DNA of 54,985 nt from Candidatus Jorgensenbacteria bacterium (GCA_030648515.1 JAUSHK010000004.1:1-54985), one strand, 5' to 3'. Positions 8,946 to 16,997 are shown, counted from the stretch's first letter. Notes: generated by a model from the letters alone, not told the origin. Made by a program: numbers and translations.

Positions 8946-10004
8946 GTGAATCAAAAAACGATTTTAATCACAGGTGCTGCGGGTTTTATAGGCAGTAACA
9001 CGCTTATTTATCTCTTCAATAAGTATAAAAACTACAAGTTCGTTGTGCTTGATATCCTTACGTATGCCGCGGACCTTAGGAACATTCCTGACTACATAAA
9101 AACAAGCGGCAGATTTCAATTTTGGTACGGTGACGTTAAGAATGCAAAGCTGGTAGAGCATCTCGTGTCGCAGGCCGACATAGTAATCCATTTTGCCGCG
9201 GAAACGCACGTGTCGCGTTCCATTTATGACGACACCGCGTTTTTTGAGACGGATGTTTTAGGAACTCAGCGCGTCGCAAACGCCGTTCTTCATAACAGGA
9301 AGAAAGTTGAAAAATTTATACACATATCAACGAGCGAAGTATATGGCACGGCTGTTTCGGAAAAGATGGACGAAGACCACCCGCTTAATCCGCAAAGCCC
9401 ATACGCATCGGCGAAAGCCGGGGCTGATAGGCTAGTGTATTCGTATATTGCCACATATAAAATTCCAGCGACAATCATCCGACCATTCAATATGTACGGG
9501 CCGCAACAGCACCTTGAGAAACTTATTCCGCGGTTCATAACAAACTGTCTCTTGGGAGAGCAGCTCACTGTTCATGGCACCGGAGAAAGCAGCCGCGATT
9601 TCACGTTTGTGACTGATTTGGCGCGCGCCGTTGATTTGGTTATGCACGCTCCGCGGGAAAAAGTTGAAGGAGAAGTATTTAACGTCGGTTCGGAAAAAAG
9701 CCACTCCATTAACGAAGTCGCCGATCTTATCTTGAAAAAGATGAATGGGGGAAATCCGTCTGCTGGCAAGCAACACACGTCATTTGCCGTTCTTGTCGGA
9801 GACCGTCCTGGCCAGGTATTCCGTCATACGGCACATCATGGTAAAATTAAAACTGTTCTCGGTTGGACGCCGCTTGTTGATTTTGAGACGGGACTCGATA
9901 AGACAATCGCGTGGTATACGAGCAACCCGCGGTGGTGGAAAAACAAGCTTTGGATGCGCCATGTTCCGATTGAAACCGAGGAAGGCAAGACGGAGATGCA
10001 CTAA
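8946..10004 (+). CDS. rfbB: NDP-hexose 4,6-dehydratase (dTDP-glucose 4,6-dehydratase family)
   Basis: ILITGAAGFIGSN Rossmann motif, STSEVYG and YASAKAGADRLV (YxxxK). Length and C-terminus are typical of RmlB. GTG start. Confidence 0.85.
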   Translation: MNQKTILITGAAGFIGSNTLIYLFNKYKNYKFVVLDILTYAADLRNIPDYIKTSGRFQFWYGDVKNAKLVEHLVSQADIVIHFAAETHVSRSIYDDTAFFETDVLGTQRVANAVLHNRKKVEKFIHISTSEVYGTAVSEKMDEDHPLNPQSPYASAKAGADRLVYSYIATYKIPATIIRPFNMYGPQQHLEKLIPRFITNCLLGEQLTVHGTGESSRDFTFVTDLARAVDLVMHAPREKVEGEVFNVGSEKSHSINEVADLILKKMNGGNPSAGKQHTSFAVLVGDRPGQVFRHTAHHGKIKTVLGWTPLVDFETGLDKTIAWYTSNPRWWKNKLWMRHVPIETEEGKTEMH

Positions 10005-10015
10005 TTGTTTCGGTA

Positions 10016-11251
10016 ATGAACCCTCTTATTAAAGATAAAAAATTTGTTCCCAGTAAAGACTGGGTTTGGTATGCGCCGAACACAACAGACGCATTTGGCG
10101 AAAACGAAATTCAGGCCGTTATGGCGTCGCTTAAAAGCGGGTGGCTTACAACTGGCAAGATTACAAGAGAGTTTGAAAATAAAATCGCCGGGCTTTTCGG
10201 GAAAAAGTACGGCCTTTTTGTTAACTCCGGTTCTTCTGCAAATCTGCTTGCGCTTGAGGCGCTCAAGTTTCCGAAAGGTTCGGAAGTTATAACTCCGGCG
10301 TGCAATTTTAACACGACGGTTGCCCCGATTATTCAGACCGGGCTCAGGCCGGTTTTTGTTGATGTTGGGCTGGGGACGTACGTTATTGACGCCGATTCTT
10401 TAGAAAAAGCGCTATCAAAAAAGACCGTTGCTGTTTTTGCCCCGCACCTCATAGGCAACTTCGTTGATTTGCCGAAGATACGGGCATTTTGCAAAAAGCA
10501 TAAGCTCGTCTTTATTGAAGACAGCTGTGACACAATAGGTGGAAATTTCCACGGCGAACCGTCCGGCAAATTCAGCGATATCACGACGACGAGTTTCTAC
10601 GCGTCGCATCTTATTACTACCGGTGGCGCAGGCGGCATGCTCATGACAAATGACAAAAAAATCCGCGAACGCGCGCGGCTCTTTAGGGACTGGGGCAGGG
10701 GAATATCGCGCCACGACGAGAAAATCCGCTCGCGCCTCGCCACGTTCAAGATAGATGGCAAGCCGTATGACAGCGCGTTTGTTTTTGTAGAGCACGGATA
10801 TAATTTCAAGCCCACGGAAATGCAGGCCGCGTTCGGCTTAGAACAGCTCTCGCGGCTTCCGGGCTTTACCGAACTTCGTAGGTGTAATTTCAGCTATTTG
10901 CGTAATTTTTTCAAAAAGTTTGAGAAATTCTTTATTCTCCCGGAAGAAAAACCAAACACCATTACAAACTGGCTCGCGTTTCCGCTCACGATTAAAAAAG
11001 GCGCGCCGTTTAAGAGAAACGCGCTTGTAAAGTATCTTGAAGATAATAAGATTCAGACGCGCCCGCTTTTTTCGGGGAATATTTTAAAACAACCCGCGTA
11101 TCTCGCCGTATCGCACAACAGAATAGGGAATCTTGAAAATTCCCAGCACATTTTAGAGAACTCATTTCTTATCGGGCTTCATCACGGGCTTACCCAACTA
11201 ATGCTTGAATATGTTGCGGATACTTTTGAAAAATTTTTGAAAAAGCAATAA
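10016..11251 (+). CDS. PLP/PMP-dependent NDP-4-keto-6-deoxyhexose 3-dehydratase (RfbH/E1-ColD branch of the DegT family)
   Basis: GWLTTG, NSGSSANLLAL and FRDWGR closely resemble RfbH. SFYASHLITTGGAGG has His198 where aminotransferases have the Schiff-base Lys. Confidence 0.8.
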   Translation: MNPLIKDKKFVPSKDWVWYAPNTTDAFGENEIQAVMASLKSGWLTTGKITREFENKIAGLFGKKYGLFVNSGSSANLLALEALKFPKGSEVITPACNFNTTVAPIIQTGLRPVFVDVGLGTYVIDADSLEKALSKKTVAVFAPHLIGNFVDLPKIRAFCKKHKLVFIEDSCDTIGGNFHGEPSGKFSDITTTSFYASHLITTGGAGGMLMTNDKKIRERARLFRDWGRGISRHDEKIRSRLATFKIDGKPYDSAFVFVEHGYNFKPTEMQAAFGLEQLSRLPGFTELRRCNFSYLRNFFKKFEKFFILPEEKPNTITNWLAFPLTIKKGAPFKRNALVKYLEDNKIQTRPLFSGNILKQPAYLAVSHNRIGNLENSQHILENSFLIGLHHGLTQLMLEYVADTFEKFLKKQ

Positions 11252-11294
11252 ATTTGTTCCTGCGCCAGACATAATTGATGTTAATGTAGAAATA

Positions 11295-11328
11295 AAAAAT
11301 CCCAGCGTGAATCTTCGCTGGGATTTTT
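11295..11328. terminator. Bidirectional Rho-independent terminator between convergent genes
   Basis: aaaaatcccagcg-tgaatctt-cgctgggattttt, a perfect 13-bp stem with an A-tract and a T-tract. Confidence 0.85.
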
Positions 11329-11350
11329 GTTTAGACGTTTTTCAAATCGA

Positions 11351-11914
11351 TTATATCTCTACTCTCGGATGAAGAAGCATCCACGCTATCGCGTGAGGAA
11401 TCAACGTATTGCGGTGATGCTCGAGCGTGTTTTCCGGAAGATGGTTTGGGTCATAGAACCCTCCAAAATTCCCAGTAAACGGTCCCTTGTGGAATCCTAC
11501 CCATATCACGGCACGTTCCTGCCGTGTTGGGTTTTCTCCGCGTCCGGTGCCTTTCATAACGTCCGCATCGCATATCCTTATGACGCGTTGAACATTCAGG
11601 CTGTTTAAACCCTCCCCAGACTTGAAAGCGCGTCGGATTGCTTGTGCCTCGGTTTCTCCTGGTCGTTGCACGGTACCCGGACAATGTGATGGTTTGCCGG
11701 GGTATTCTTTGTCCCCGTCCGGTCTTGGTATCATAAATACTTGGCCGTGCTCGTCAAATATTATGATTTCCATCGGGCCTGATGGGAATTTTCCTACCCA
11801 TTTCGGGAAAATCTCGGGCGGTATGAAGCCATCCGGTATTCTTTCCATAAGGTCTGCACACTGCCTGATTTCCGCGGCTGATAGTGGTTCTTTTGCTTTG
11901 CTCGTTCCTGCCAT
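11351..11914 (-). CDS. Nudix-fold-like protein with a degenerate Nudix box
   Basis: CPGTVQRPGETEAQAIRRAFKSGEGL aligns without gaps to the MutT box FPGGKIEMGETPEQAVVRELQEEVGI, but RE-x2-EE is RA-x2-SG. GGAGGTG SD 5 nt before the ATG. Confidence 0.5.
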   Translation of the reverse strand: MAGTSKAKEPLSAAEIRQCADLMERIPDGFIPPEIFPKWVGKFPSGPMEIIIFDEHGQVFMIPRPDGDKEYPGKPSHCPGTVQRPGETEAQAIRRAFKSGEGLNSLNVQRVIRICDADVMKGTGRGENPTRQERAVIWVGFHKGPFTGNFGGFYDPNHLPENTLEHHRNTLIPHAIAWMLLHPRVEI

Positions 11915-11968
11915 TCAACACCTCCGTCGTTTTTGTTCTCGTACTGCGTTAGTTAATGGTCCGCGGAC

Positions 11969-11997
11969 AGTATAATCCATATTTCTATGAATGTCAA
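11969..11997 (-). promoter_or_regulatory. Sigma70-like promoter for 11351..11914
   Basis: On the minus strand: TTGACA-17 nt-TATACT. Confidence 0.5.
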
Positions 11998-12008
11998 GTG
12001 ATGATATA

Positions 12009-12036
12009 TTGACAAACAACTTTTTTATTCTAATAT
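12009..12036 (+). promoter_or_regulatory. Sigma70-like promoter for 12107..12439
   Basis: TTGACA (12009-12014)-16 nt-TAATAT (12031-12036). Its -35 lies 11 bp from the divergent -35. Confidence 0.55.
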
Positions 12037-12106
12037 AGCTTTAGCAATATAAGTCTGTTTTACACTATTTGTTTCACGCGCACTTTTAATTTAAAAGGAG
12101 GATGCG

Positions 12107-12439
12107 ATGTTTTCGATTAAGAGATTTGTTAAGGGTTTTTTAAGGATGCGTAAGACTGAAACGTGCCCCATTTGTGGAAGGTCGGCAACGTTCAGATCAA
12201 ATCTTTCTGCTCCTGCAATGGGCTCCAGTGAGAGCGGTTTTACAGGGTCGATTGATTGCGAACACTGTGACGAAAAGTTACTGAATTACCTTGGCGTATG
12301 CCCTGCTTCGGCGCAGACGAAGTGGGCCGAAGGCAGTAAAATACTGGCAGGGTACGGGCAATTTGAAGTTAATCCAGAAATAGAACCGTCCGGCGATAAT
12401 CAGCATCTCCTTGAACATATAATAAAAATCGCCGATTGA
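12107..12439 (+). CDS. Small Zn-ribbon-like protein (CPxC...CxxC), unknown function
   Basis: CPICG and CEHCD pairs. AGGAGG SD at 12096-12101. Confidence 0.6.
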   Translation: MFSIKRFVKGFLRMRKTETCPICGRSATFRSNLSAPAMGSSESGFTGSIDCEHCDEKLLNYLGVCPASAQTKWAEGSKILAGYGQFEVNPEIEPSGDNQHLLEHIIKIAD

Positions 12440-12475
12440 TATAATCCTCATCTCCCATCTCCCACAAATTAAGCA

Positions 12476-12507
12476 ACCCCAAACAATCAAGTTTGGGGAT
12501 TTTGCTT
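12476..12507 (+). terminator. Rho-independent terminator
   Basis: ccccaaac-aatcaa-gtttgggg followed by attttgcttt. Confidence 0.75.
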
Positions 12508-12543
12508 TAAAATAATGCTACAAATGCGCCGCTTAGCCAGCGA

Positions 12544-12572
12544 TTGATAAGTTTTCAGTCGTTATGTATAAT
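12544..12572 (+). promoter_or_regulatory. Sigma70-like promoter for the transketolase operon
   Basis: TTGATA-17 nt-TATAAT. Confidence 0.55.
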
Positions 12573-12610
12573 ATTGCAACTTGTGAAAAGCAATTCCACC
12601 CTTTATTGAT

Positions 12611-13450
12611 ATGGATAATTTTCATCAAAAAGATCAAGATTTAACGAAGCTCTTAGAAGAAAAGGCGCGCTGGGTCAGAAAAGAAACGTTCAAAATTTAC
12701 AAGATATCTCCAGGAATCCGTTTGGCCTCCTCGTTATCCGACGTAGAAATACTTGTCGCCTTGTATTACGGCGGAGTTTTAAAATTTGACCCCCAAAATC
12801 CTTATTGGGAGGGGAGGGACAGATTTATAGCCAGCAAGGGGCACGGGTCTATTTCACTGTATCCCATATTGGCTGATCTCGGTTTTTTTGATTTAAAAGA
12901 ACTAGCGAGGATTTCTCACGAGGGTTCGTTTTTGGCGGACATTCCGGATACCCGAATCCCGGGGTACGAAACCATAAACGGTTCCTTGGGACACGGACCT
13001 GGGGTTGCGTGCGGAATTGCCATCGGTTTGCAGAAGAAAAAGTCTGACGCCAGAGTTTTTGTTTTGACCGGGGATGGAGAATTAAACGAAGGGTCGGTTT
13101 GGGAAGCAGTTATGTTCGCCGGCCATCACAAACTGAATAATTTGATATTGATTGTTGATAATAATAAAACCTCAATGCTCAGCCGGAGTAAGGACATTAT
13201 TGATTTAGAGCCGCTGGAAAAAAAGTTTTCGGATTTCGGATGGAAAGTCGTAAGAATTGACGGCCATAATGCGATGAATGTTTACGAGACACTAAAGAAC
13301 TTAAAGGAAGACACAAGCGGGTATCCCAAAGTATTGATAGCGGATACTATTAAGGGCAAAGGCGTCTCGCAATTAGAAAGCGATGCAATGTCCCACAGCA
13401 GGGTATTAAAGGTAGAAGAAATTATTGACGCAGAAAGACAACTACAATGA
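12611..13450 (+). CDS. Transketolase, N-terminal (ThDP/PP-binding) subunit
   Basis: KGHGSISLYP, GSLGHGPGVACG and LTGDGELNEGSVWEAVMFAGHHKLNNLILIVDNN (ThDP GDG-N motif). Confidence 0.9.
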   Translation: MDNFHQKDQDLTKLLEEKARWVRKETFKIYKISPGIRLASSLSDVEILVALYYGGVLKFDPQNPYWEGRDRFIASKGHGSISLYPILADLGFFDLKELARISHEGSFLADIPDTRIPGYETINGSLGHGPGVACGIAIGLQKKKSDARVFVLTGDGELNEGSVWEAVMFAGHHKLNNLILIVDNNKTSMLSRSKDIIDLEPLEKKFSDFGWKVVRIDGHNAMNVYETLKNLKEDTSGYPKVLIADTIKGKGVSQLESDAMSHSRVLKVEEIIDAERQLQ

Positions 13451-14415
13451 ACCCCGAGCCATTAAAAAAATCAATGCGGGAAGTCTTAGTGGAAACTTTG
13501 CATCGAAGGATGCTCAACAACGACCGCCTTTTTCTTTTGTCCGACGATCTCGGGACTCCCGCTTTGGACAAAATAAGAAAAGATTTTAGTGATAAGTTCA
13601 TTAACGTCGGCATTGCCGAACAGAATATGGTCAATGTCGCGGCGGGGCTGGCTCTGGAGGGCTATGTTGTTTATACATATGCCATAGCGCCGTTTTTGAT
13701 GAGAGCGTATGAACAAATACGGTTGAACTTATGCGTGTCGAGCCAGATAAGGCCCGTTAATGTTAATTTGATAGGTGTTGGCGCGGGAGTGAGCTACGAC
13801 GTAGCCGGCGTAACGCACCACTGCTTGGAAGATGTCAGCATTATGAAGGTCTTGCCTAATATGATGGTGTTTTCTCCGAGCGACTGGAAATTAGTGGAAC
13901 TTTTTGTTGACTACTCAATTGAAAAAAAATCGCCAAAATATTTTCGCCTGGACGGTAAGCCGGTGCCGTCGATTTATGAAAATATTAACGACGTCGATTT
14001 TTCCAAAGGATTTTACGAGCTCGTGAGTCCGACGGCTGGAGGAGGGAAGGTTTGTTTGGTCACGACTGGCTATCCCACGCATCGCGCGCTCCAGGTTGCT
14101 AAAAAACTTCCCGGGGTCGGCGTCGTTGACGTTTTTATGCTGAAGCCGCTCAATGAAAAATTATTATTTGAGGCGCTAAAGAAGTACGATTCCGTCATTA
14201 CCATCGAAGAAGCATTTTTGAACGCTGGCGGACTTGATAATCTGATTCTTAAAATTCTCCGCGCCAATCGGTCAACAATTGAGCTAAACAGCCTTGGGTT
14301 TAATGACAAATACGTTTTTGATTCAGGAGGCAGAGATTATCTGCACGCGTTGAATGGTTTGGATGAGGGAAGTATTATAAAAACAGTGCAAAAACTTCTT
14401 GAGAGCAGTAAGTAA
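13447..14415 (+). CDS. Transketolase, C-terminal (pyrimidine-binding) subunit
   Basis: FINVGIAEQNMVNVAAGLALEG and THHCLEDVSIMKVLPNM. 4-nt overlap with the N-terminal subunit gene. Confidence 0.9.
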   Translation: MNPEPLKKSMREVLVETLHRRMLNNDRLFLLSDDLGTPALDKIRKDFSDKFINVGIAEQNMVNVAAGLALEGYVVYTYAIAPFLMRAYEQIRLNLCVSSQIRPVNVNLIGVGAGVSYDVAGVTHHCLEDVSIMKVLPNMMVFSPSDWKLVELFVDYSIEKKSPKYFRLDGKPVPSIYENINDVDFSKGFYELVSPTAGGGKVCLVTTGYPTHRALQVAKKLPGVGVVDVFMLKPLNEKLLFEALKKYDSVITIEEAFLNAGGLDNLILKILRANRSTIELNSLGFNDKYVFDSGGRDYLHALNGLDEGSIIKTVQKLLESSK

Positions 14416-14432
14416 TCCAAATTTATATTTCC

Positions 14433-15383
14433 ATGAAAAAAATATTAGTTGCGGGAGGAAGCGGACTTATCGGCGGGCATTTGGTAAAAAGTCTTTTGAA
14501 AGACGGTTTTGAGGTTCGCGCAGTCGGGAAGGGCAAGCTCCAGGATTGGAAACAGCTTCACGCCGGAGCTGAAAATATTTCTTTAGACCTGTCTCTTAAG
14601 GAAAATTGCGACAAAGTTATGGATGGCGTTGATAGGGTTTATAACTTAGCCGCAGAGATTGGAGGGGTTAATTTTATTGAGAAGCAGAAAGCCCAGACAA
14701 TGCTTTCTGTTTTAATCAATACCCATCTTCTTATGGCCGCGCGGGCGATGCAAGTACAAAGATATTTTTATTCTTCGACATGCGCCGTGGCTGTTGCCGA
14801 GGTTCCGCAAGAAGGCAAGGCGTTAACCGATGTTATTGAAGATGGGCATGTCTGGGAAAAACTTTTCAGCGAGAAGCTTTGCAAGTATTTTCGCGAGGAT
14901 TTTGGTCTGCCTACCAGAATCGGGCGGCTTCAGAATGTATATGGGCCATATGATATCTATGACGGCGGCAGGGAACGCGCTCCCGCTGCCCTATGTCGGA
15001 AAGCGGTTATTGCCAAAGCATCAGGCAATCACGACCTTGAAATTTGGGGAGATGGCACGCAGATTCGAAGCTTTATATTTGTTTCGGACGCCGTAGAAGG
15101 AATACGCAAGCTTGCTGAAGGCGATATTGTTAATCCCGTAAGAATAGGAAGCAATGAATTTGTAACGATAAATCAGCTTGTTGACGCCGTGGAGAAAGCG
15201 GCTGGCATACAATTTAACAGAAAATACAACACAAGCGCGCCCAAAGGCATTGAGCGCAAACTGGGTCCGGAGACCGCGGCTGATAAAGAATTTAACTGGA
15301 AGCCGAAGACGTCTTTGACGGAAGGAATAAAGGTGATGTACGATTGGATTCAAGAAGATATGAAGCAAAAAGGGAAGATATAA
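14433..15383 (+). CDS. GDP-mannose 3,5-epimerase-like extended SDR (catalytic set appears altered)
   Basis: GVDRVYNLAAEIGG, IGRLQNVYGP, GGRERAPAALCRKA, EIWGDGTQIRSFIFVSDAVEG and NPVRIGS are collinear with plant GME. Confidence 0.75.
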   Translation: MKKILVAGGSGLIGGHLVKSLLKDGFEVRAVGKGKLQDWKQLHAGAENISLDLSLKENCDKVMDGVDRVYNLAAEIGGVNFIEKQKAQTMLSVLINTHLLMAARAMQVQRYFYSSTCAVAVAEVPQEGKALTDVIEDGHVWEKLFSEKLCKYFREDFGLPTRIGRLQNVYGPYDIYDGGRERAPAALCRKAVIAKASGNHDLEIWGDGTQIRSFIFVSDAVEGIRKLAEGDIVNPVRIGSNEFVTINQLVDAVEKAAGIQFNRKYNTSAPKGIERKLGPETAADKEFNWKPKTSLTEGIKVMYDWIQEDMKQKGKI

Positions 15384-15388
15384 CACAT

Positions 15389-16420
15389 ATGAAATTAGCA
15401 ATTGTTTCTACGACTATAAACGGGGAAAAGGGCTATCTGCCTTTTGATAAGCTTGCGGAGCATAGCAAGTTCTCTGAAATAATTTTTGTCATTGCCGGCG
15501 ATACGTCATCAAAGCCGTTTGATACGAGCGCCTTCAAATGCAAAATAGAGCACATTTTACCGAAGGATCAGGAGCGTTTCTCCGTGAGTAATATTATTGG
15601 CTGGAAAACGCAGAAGCGCAGAAGTGTCGCATTTTTGCGGGCAATTGAATTAAATCCTGATTTTATTTTAAGCATTGACGACGACAACATACCTGAGCCG
15701 GATTATTTCGACCGGTGGTACGATGTTTTAACCAAGGATGCTACGAAAACCGTTGAGCCGACGAAAACCGTTGAGCCGGCGCATTGGCACAACTATCTTA
15801 AAACCGCAGATGCGCCTATTGAGATGTATCCGCGCGGTTTTCCTATGCCATTTCTCTGGCAAGATGCCACGGCGGTTACGGATGCGAAACAGCCAATCCC
15901 AGCGAACCGGATTGGACTTTTTCAGGGTATATCTCTTGGCGACCCGGATATTGACGGACGAACGCGGCTTGTTTATCCGAAGCATCTTCCCTTAAATTCT
16001 GTTCGCGAAAAGAATTATTGTTTGAAGAATGTTTGGTCGCCTTACAATACACAGAACACCATTTTCGCAAAAATACTTTTTCCGCTCATTTTTATGTGGC
16101 CCTTCGCGGAACGCATGGATGACATCTTCGCTTCTTTCGCGTGGCAGAAAGTACTCTTTAATAATGATATGTACGTTCACGTCGGGGACGCGGTAAATAG
16201 GCAGGATCGCGGAGTTAGGGACGTTTATAAAAATGACTTTTTGACCGAAGTCGAGGGGTACGTGCACGGGCATGAGGTATGGGCAGACATCAACACCATT
16301 ACCGAAAAAGATTCCATGAAATTCCTTGAGAAGCTCGCGGAATCGCAGAACGATATTATTAAGAGGCACAAACCTTACTTTGAGGCGCATTTGAAAGATA
16401 TGCGCAGGATTTACGGCTAA
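15389..16420 (+). CDS. Reversibly-glycosylated-polypeptide (RGP / GT75, UDP-arabinopyranose-mutase-like) family protein
   Basis: ILSIDDDNIP (DDD motif), YPRGFPMPF, GISLGDPDIDGRTRLV and ERMDDIFASFAWQKV parallel RGP1 segments TIDDDCFV, VRGYPFSLR, LNIPDYDAPTQLV and GRYDDMWAGWCVKV. ATG 15389 chosen because it lies just after the upstream stop. Confidence 0.5.
   Translation: MKLAIVSTTINGEKGYLPFDKLAEHSKFSEIIFVIAGDTSSKPFDTSAFKCKIEHILPKDQERFSVSNIIGWKTQKRRSVAFLRAIELNPDFILSIDDDNIPEPDYFDRWYDVLTKDATKTVEPTKTVEPAHWHNYLKTADAPIEMYPRGFPMPFLWQDATAVTDAKQPIPANRIGLFQGISLGDPDIDGRTRLVYPKHLPLNSVREKNYCLKNVWSPYNTQNTIFAKILFPLIFMWPFAERMDDIFASFAWQKVLFNNDMYVHVGDAVNRQDRGVRDVYKNDFLTEVEGYVHGHEVWADINTITEKDSMKFLEKLAESQNDIIKRHKPYFEAHLKDMRRIYG
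15743..15778 (+). repeat. Perfect in-frame 18-bp tandem duplication (acgaaaaccgttgagccg x2, TKTVEP x2)
   Basis: Identical units at 15743-15760 and 15761-15778. Confidence 0.9.
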
Positions 16421-16443
16421 AAACAATACGCATCTGATACGGC

Positions 16444-16944
16444 ATGAGCATTATAGATATAAAAGATCTCCCTTCTATCCGGGAGAAGCACAAAAACGAA
16501 AAAATTGCATTTTGCGCCGGCGCGTTTGATCTTGTTCACGCCGGGCACGTTCTCTTCTTTGAGGATTGCAAAAAATACGGCGATATTCTCGTGGTAATGG
16601 TTGGCAATGATTTCAACTTAAAGAATTATAAAGGCGAAGAGCGTCCGATATTAAATCAGTATGTCCGGCTAAAAATGATATCGTCTCTTAAGCCGGTTGA
16701 TTATGCCCTTCTTGACCTTGACGCGTCAGACAAGGATTTCCTGGCCATTATCCGCTCAGTGTTTATTGAATTAAAGCCAGATTTTTATATTGTTAATGCC
16801 GATGCGTTTGATATGCCGCGGCGCTATGAATTGGTGAAAGGATTGCCGACGAAGCTCGTTGTTCTTGAACGGACATGTCCGCCGGAGTTTGAAGATATAT
16901 CAACAACTGGCATCATTAAGAAAATCAGGGAAGGGAAAAAATAA
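16444..16944 (+). CDS. Cytidylyltransferase-fold nucleotidyltransferase (HldC/RfaE-domain-II or TagD-like)
   Basis: AGAFDLVHAGHVLFF (HxGH), then KGEERPILNQYVRLKMISSLKPVDY resembles the RfaE domain II KGxxRPI...R...L..VD. Confidence 0.7.
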   Translation: MSIIDIKDLPSIREKHKNEKIAFCAGAFDLVHAGHVLFFEDCKKYGDILVVMVGNDFNLKNYKGEERPILNQYVRLKMISSLKPVDYALLDLDASDKDFLAIIRSVFIELKPDFYIVNADAFDMPRRYELVKGLPTKLVVLERTCPPEFEDISTTGIIKKIREGKK

Positions 16945-16955
16945 AAAGTAATAAA

Positions 16956-16997
16956 AGAAAAAGCGTGCCACGGGAAAACCCGGGACACGCTTTTTTT
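16956..16997. terminator. Bidirectional terminator between convergent genes
   Basis: gcgtgccacggg-aaaa-cccgggacacgc (10 of 12 positions paired) flanked by an A-tract and ttttttt. Confidence 0.75.

Noticed and set aside
8910-8948. Leaderless transcript for the 4,6-dehydratase (TTGAAG-17-TAGGAT, GTG start 7 nt downstream)
   Set aside because: The -10 is weak, and leaderless initiation normally needs AUG rather than GUG. The gene may instead be read through from upstream, so it is not reported as a promoter.
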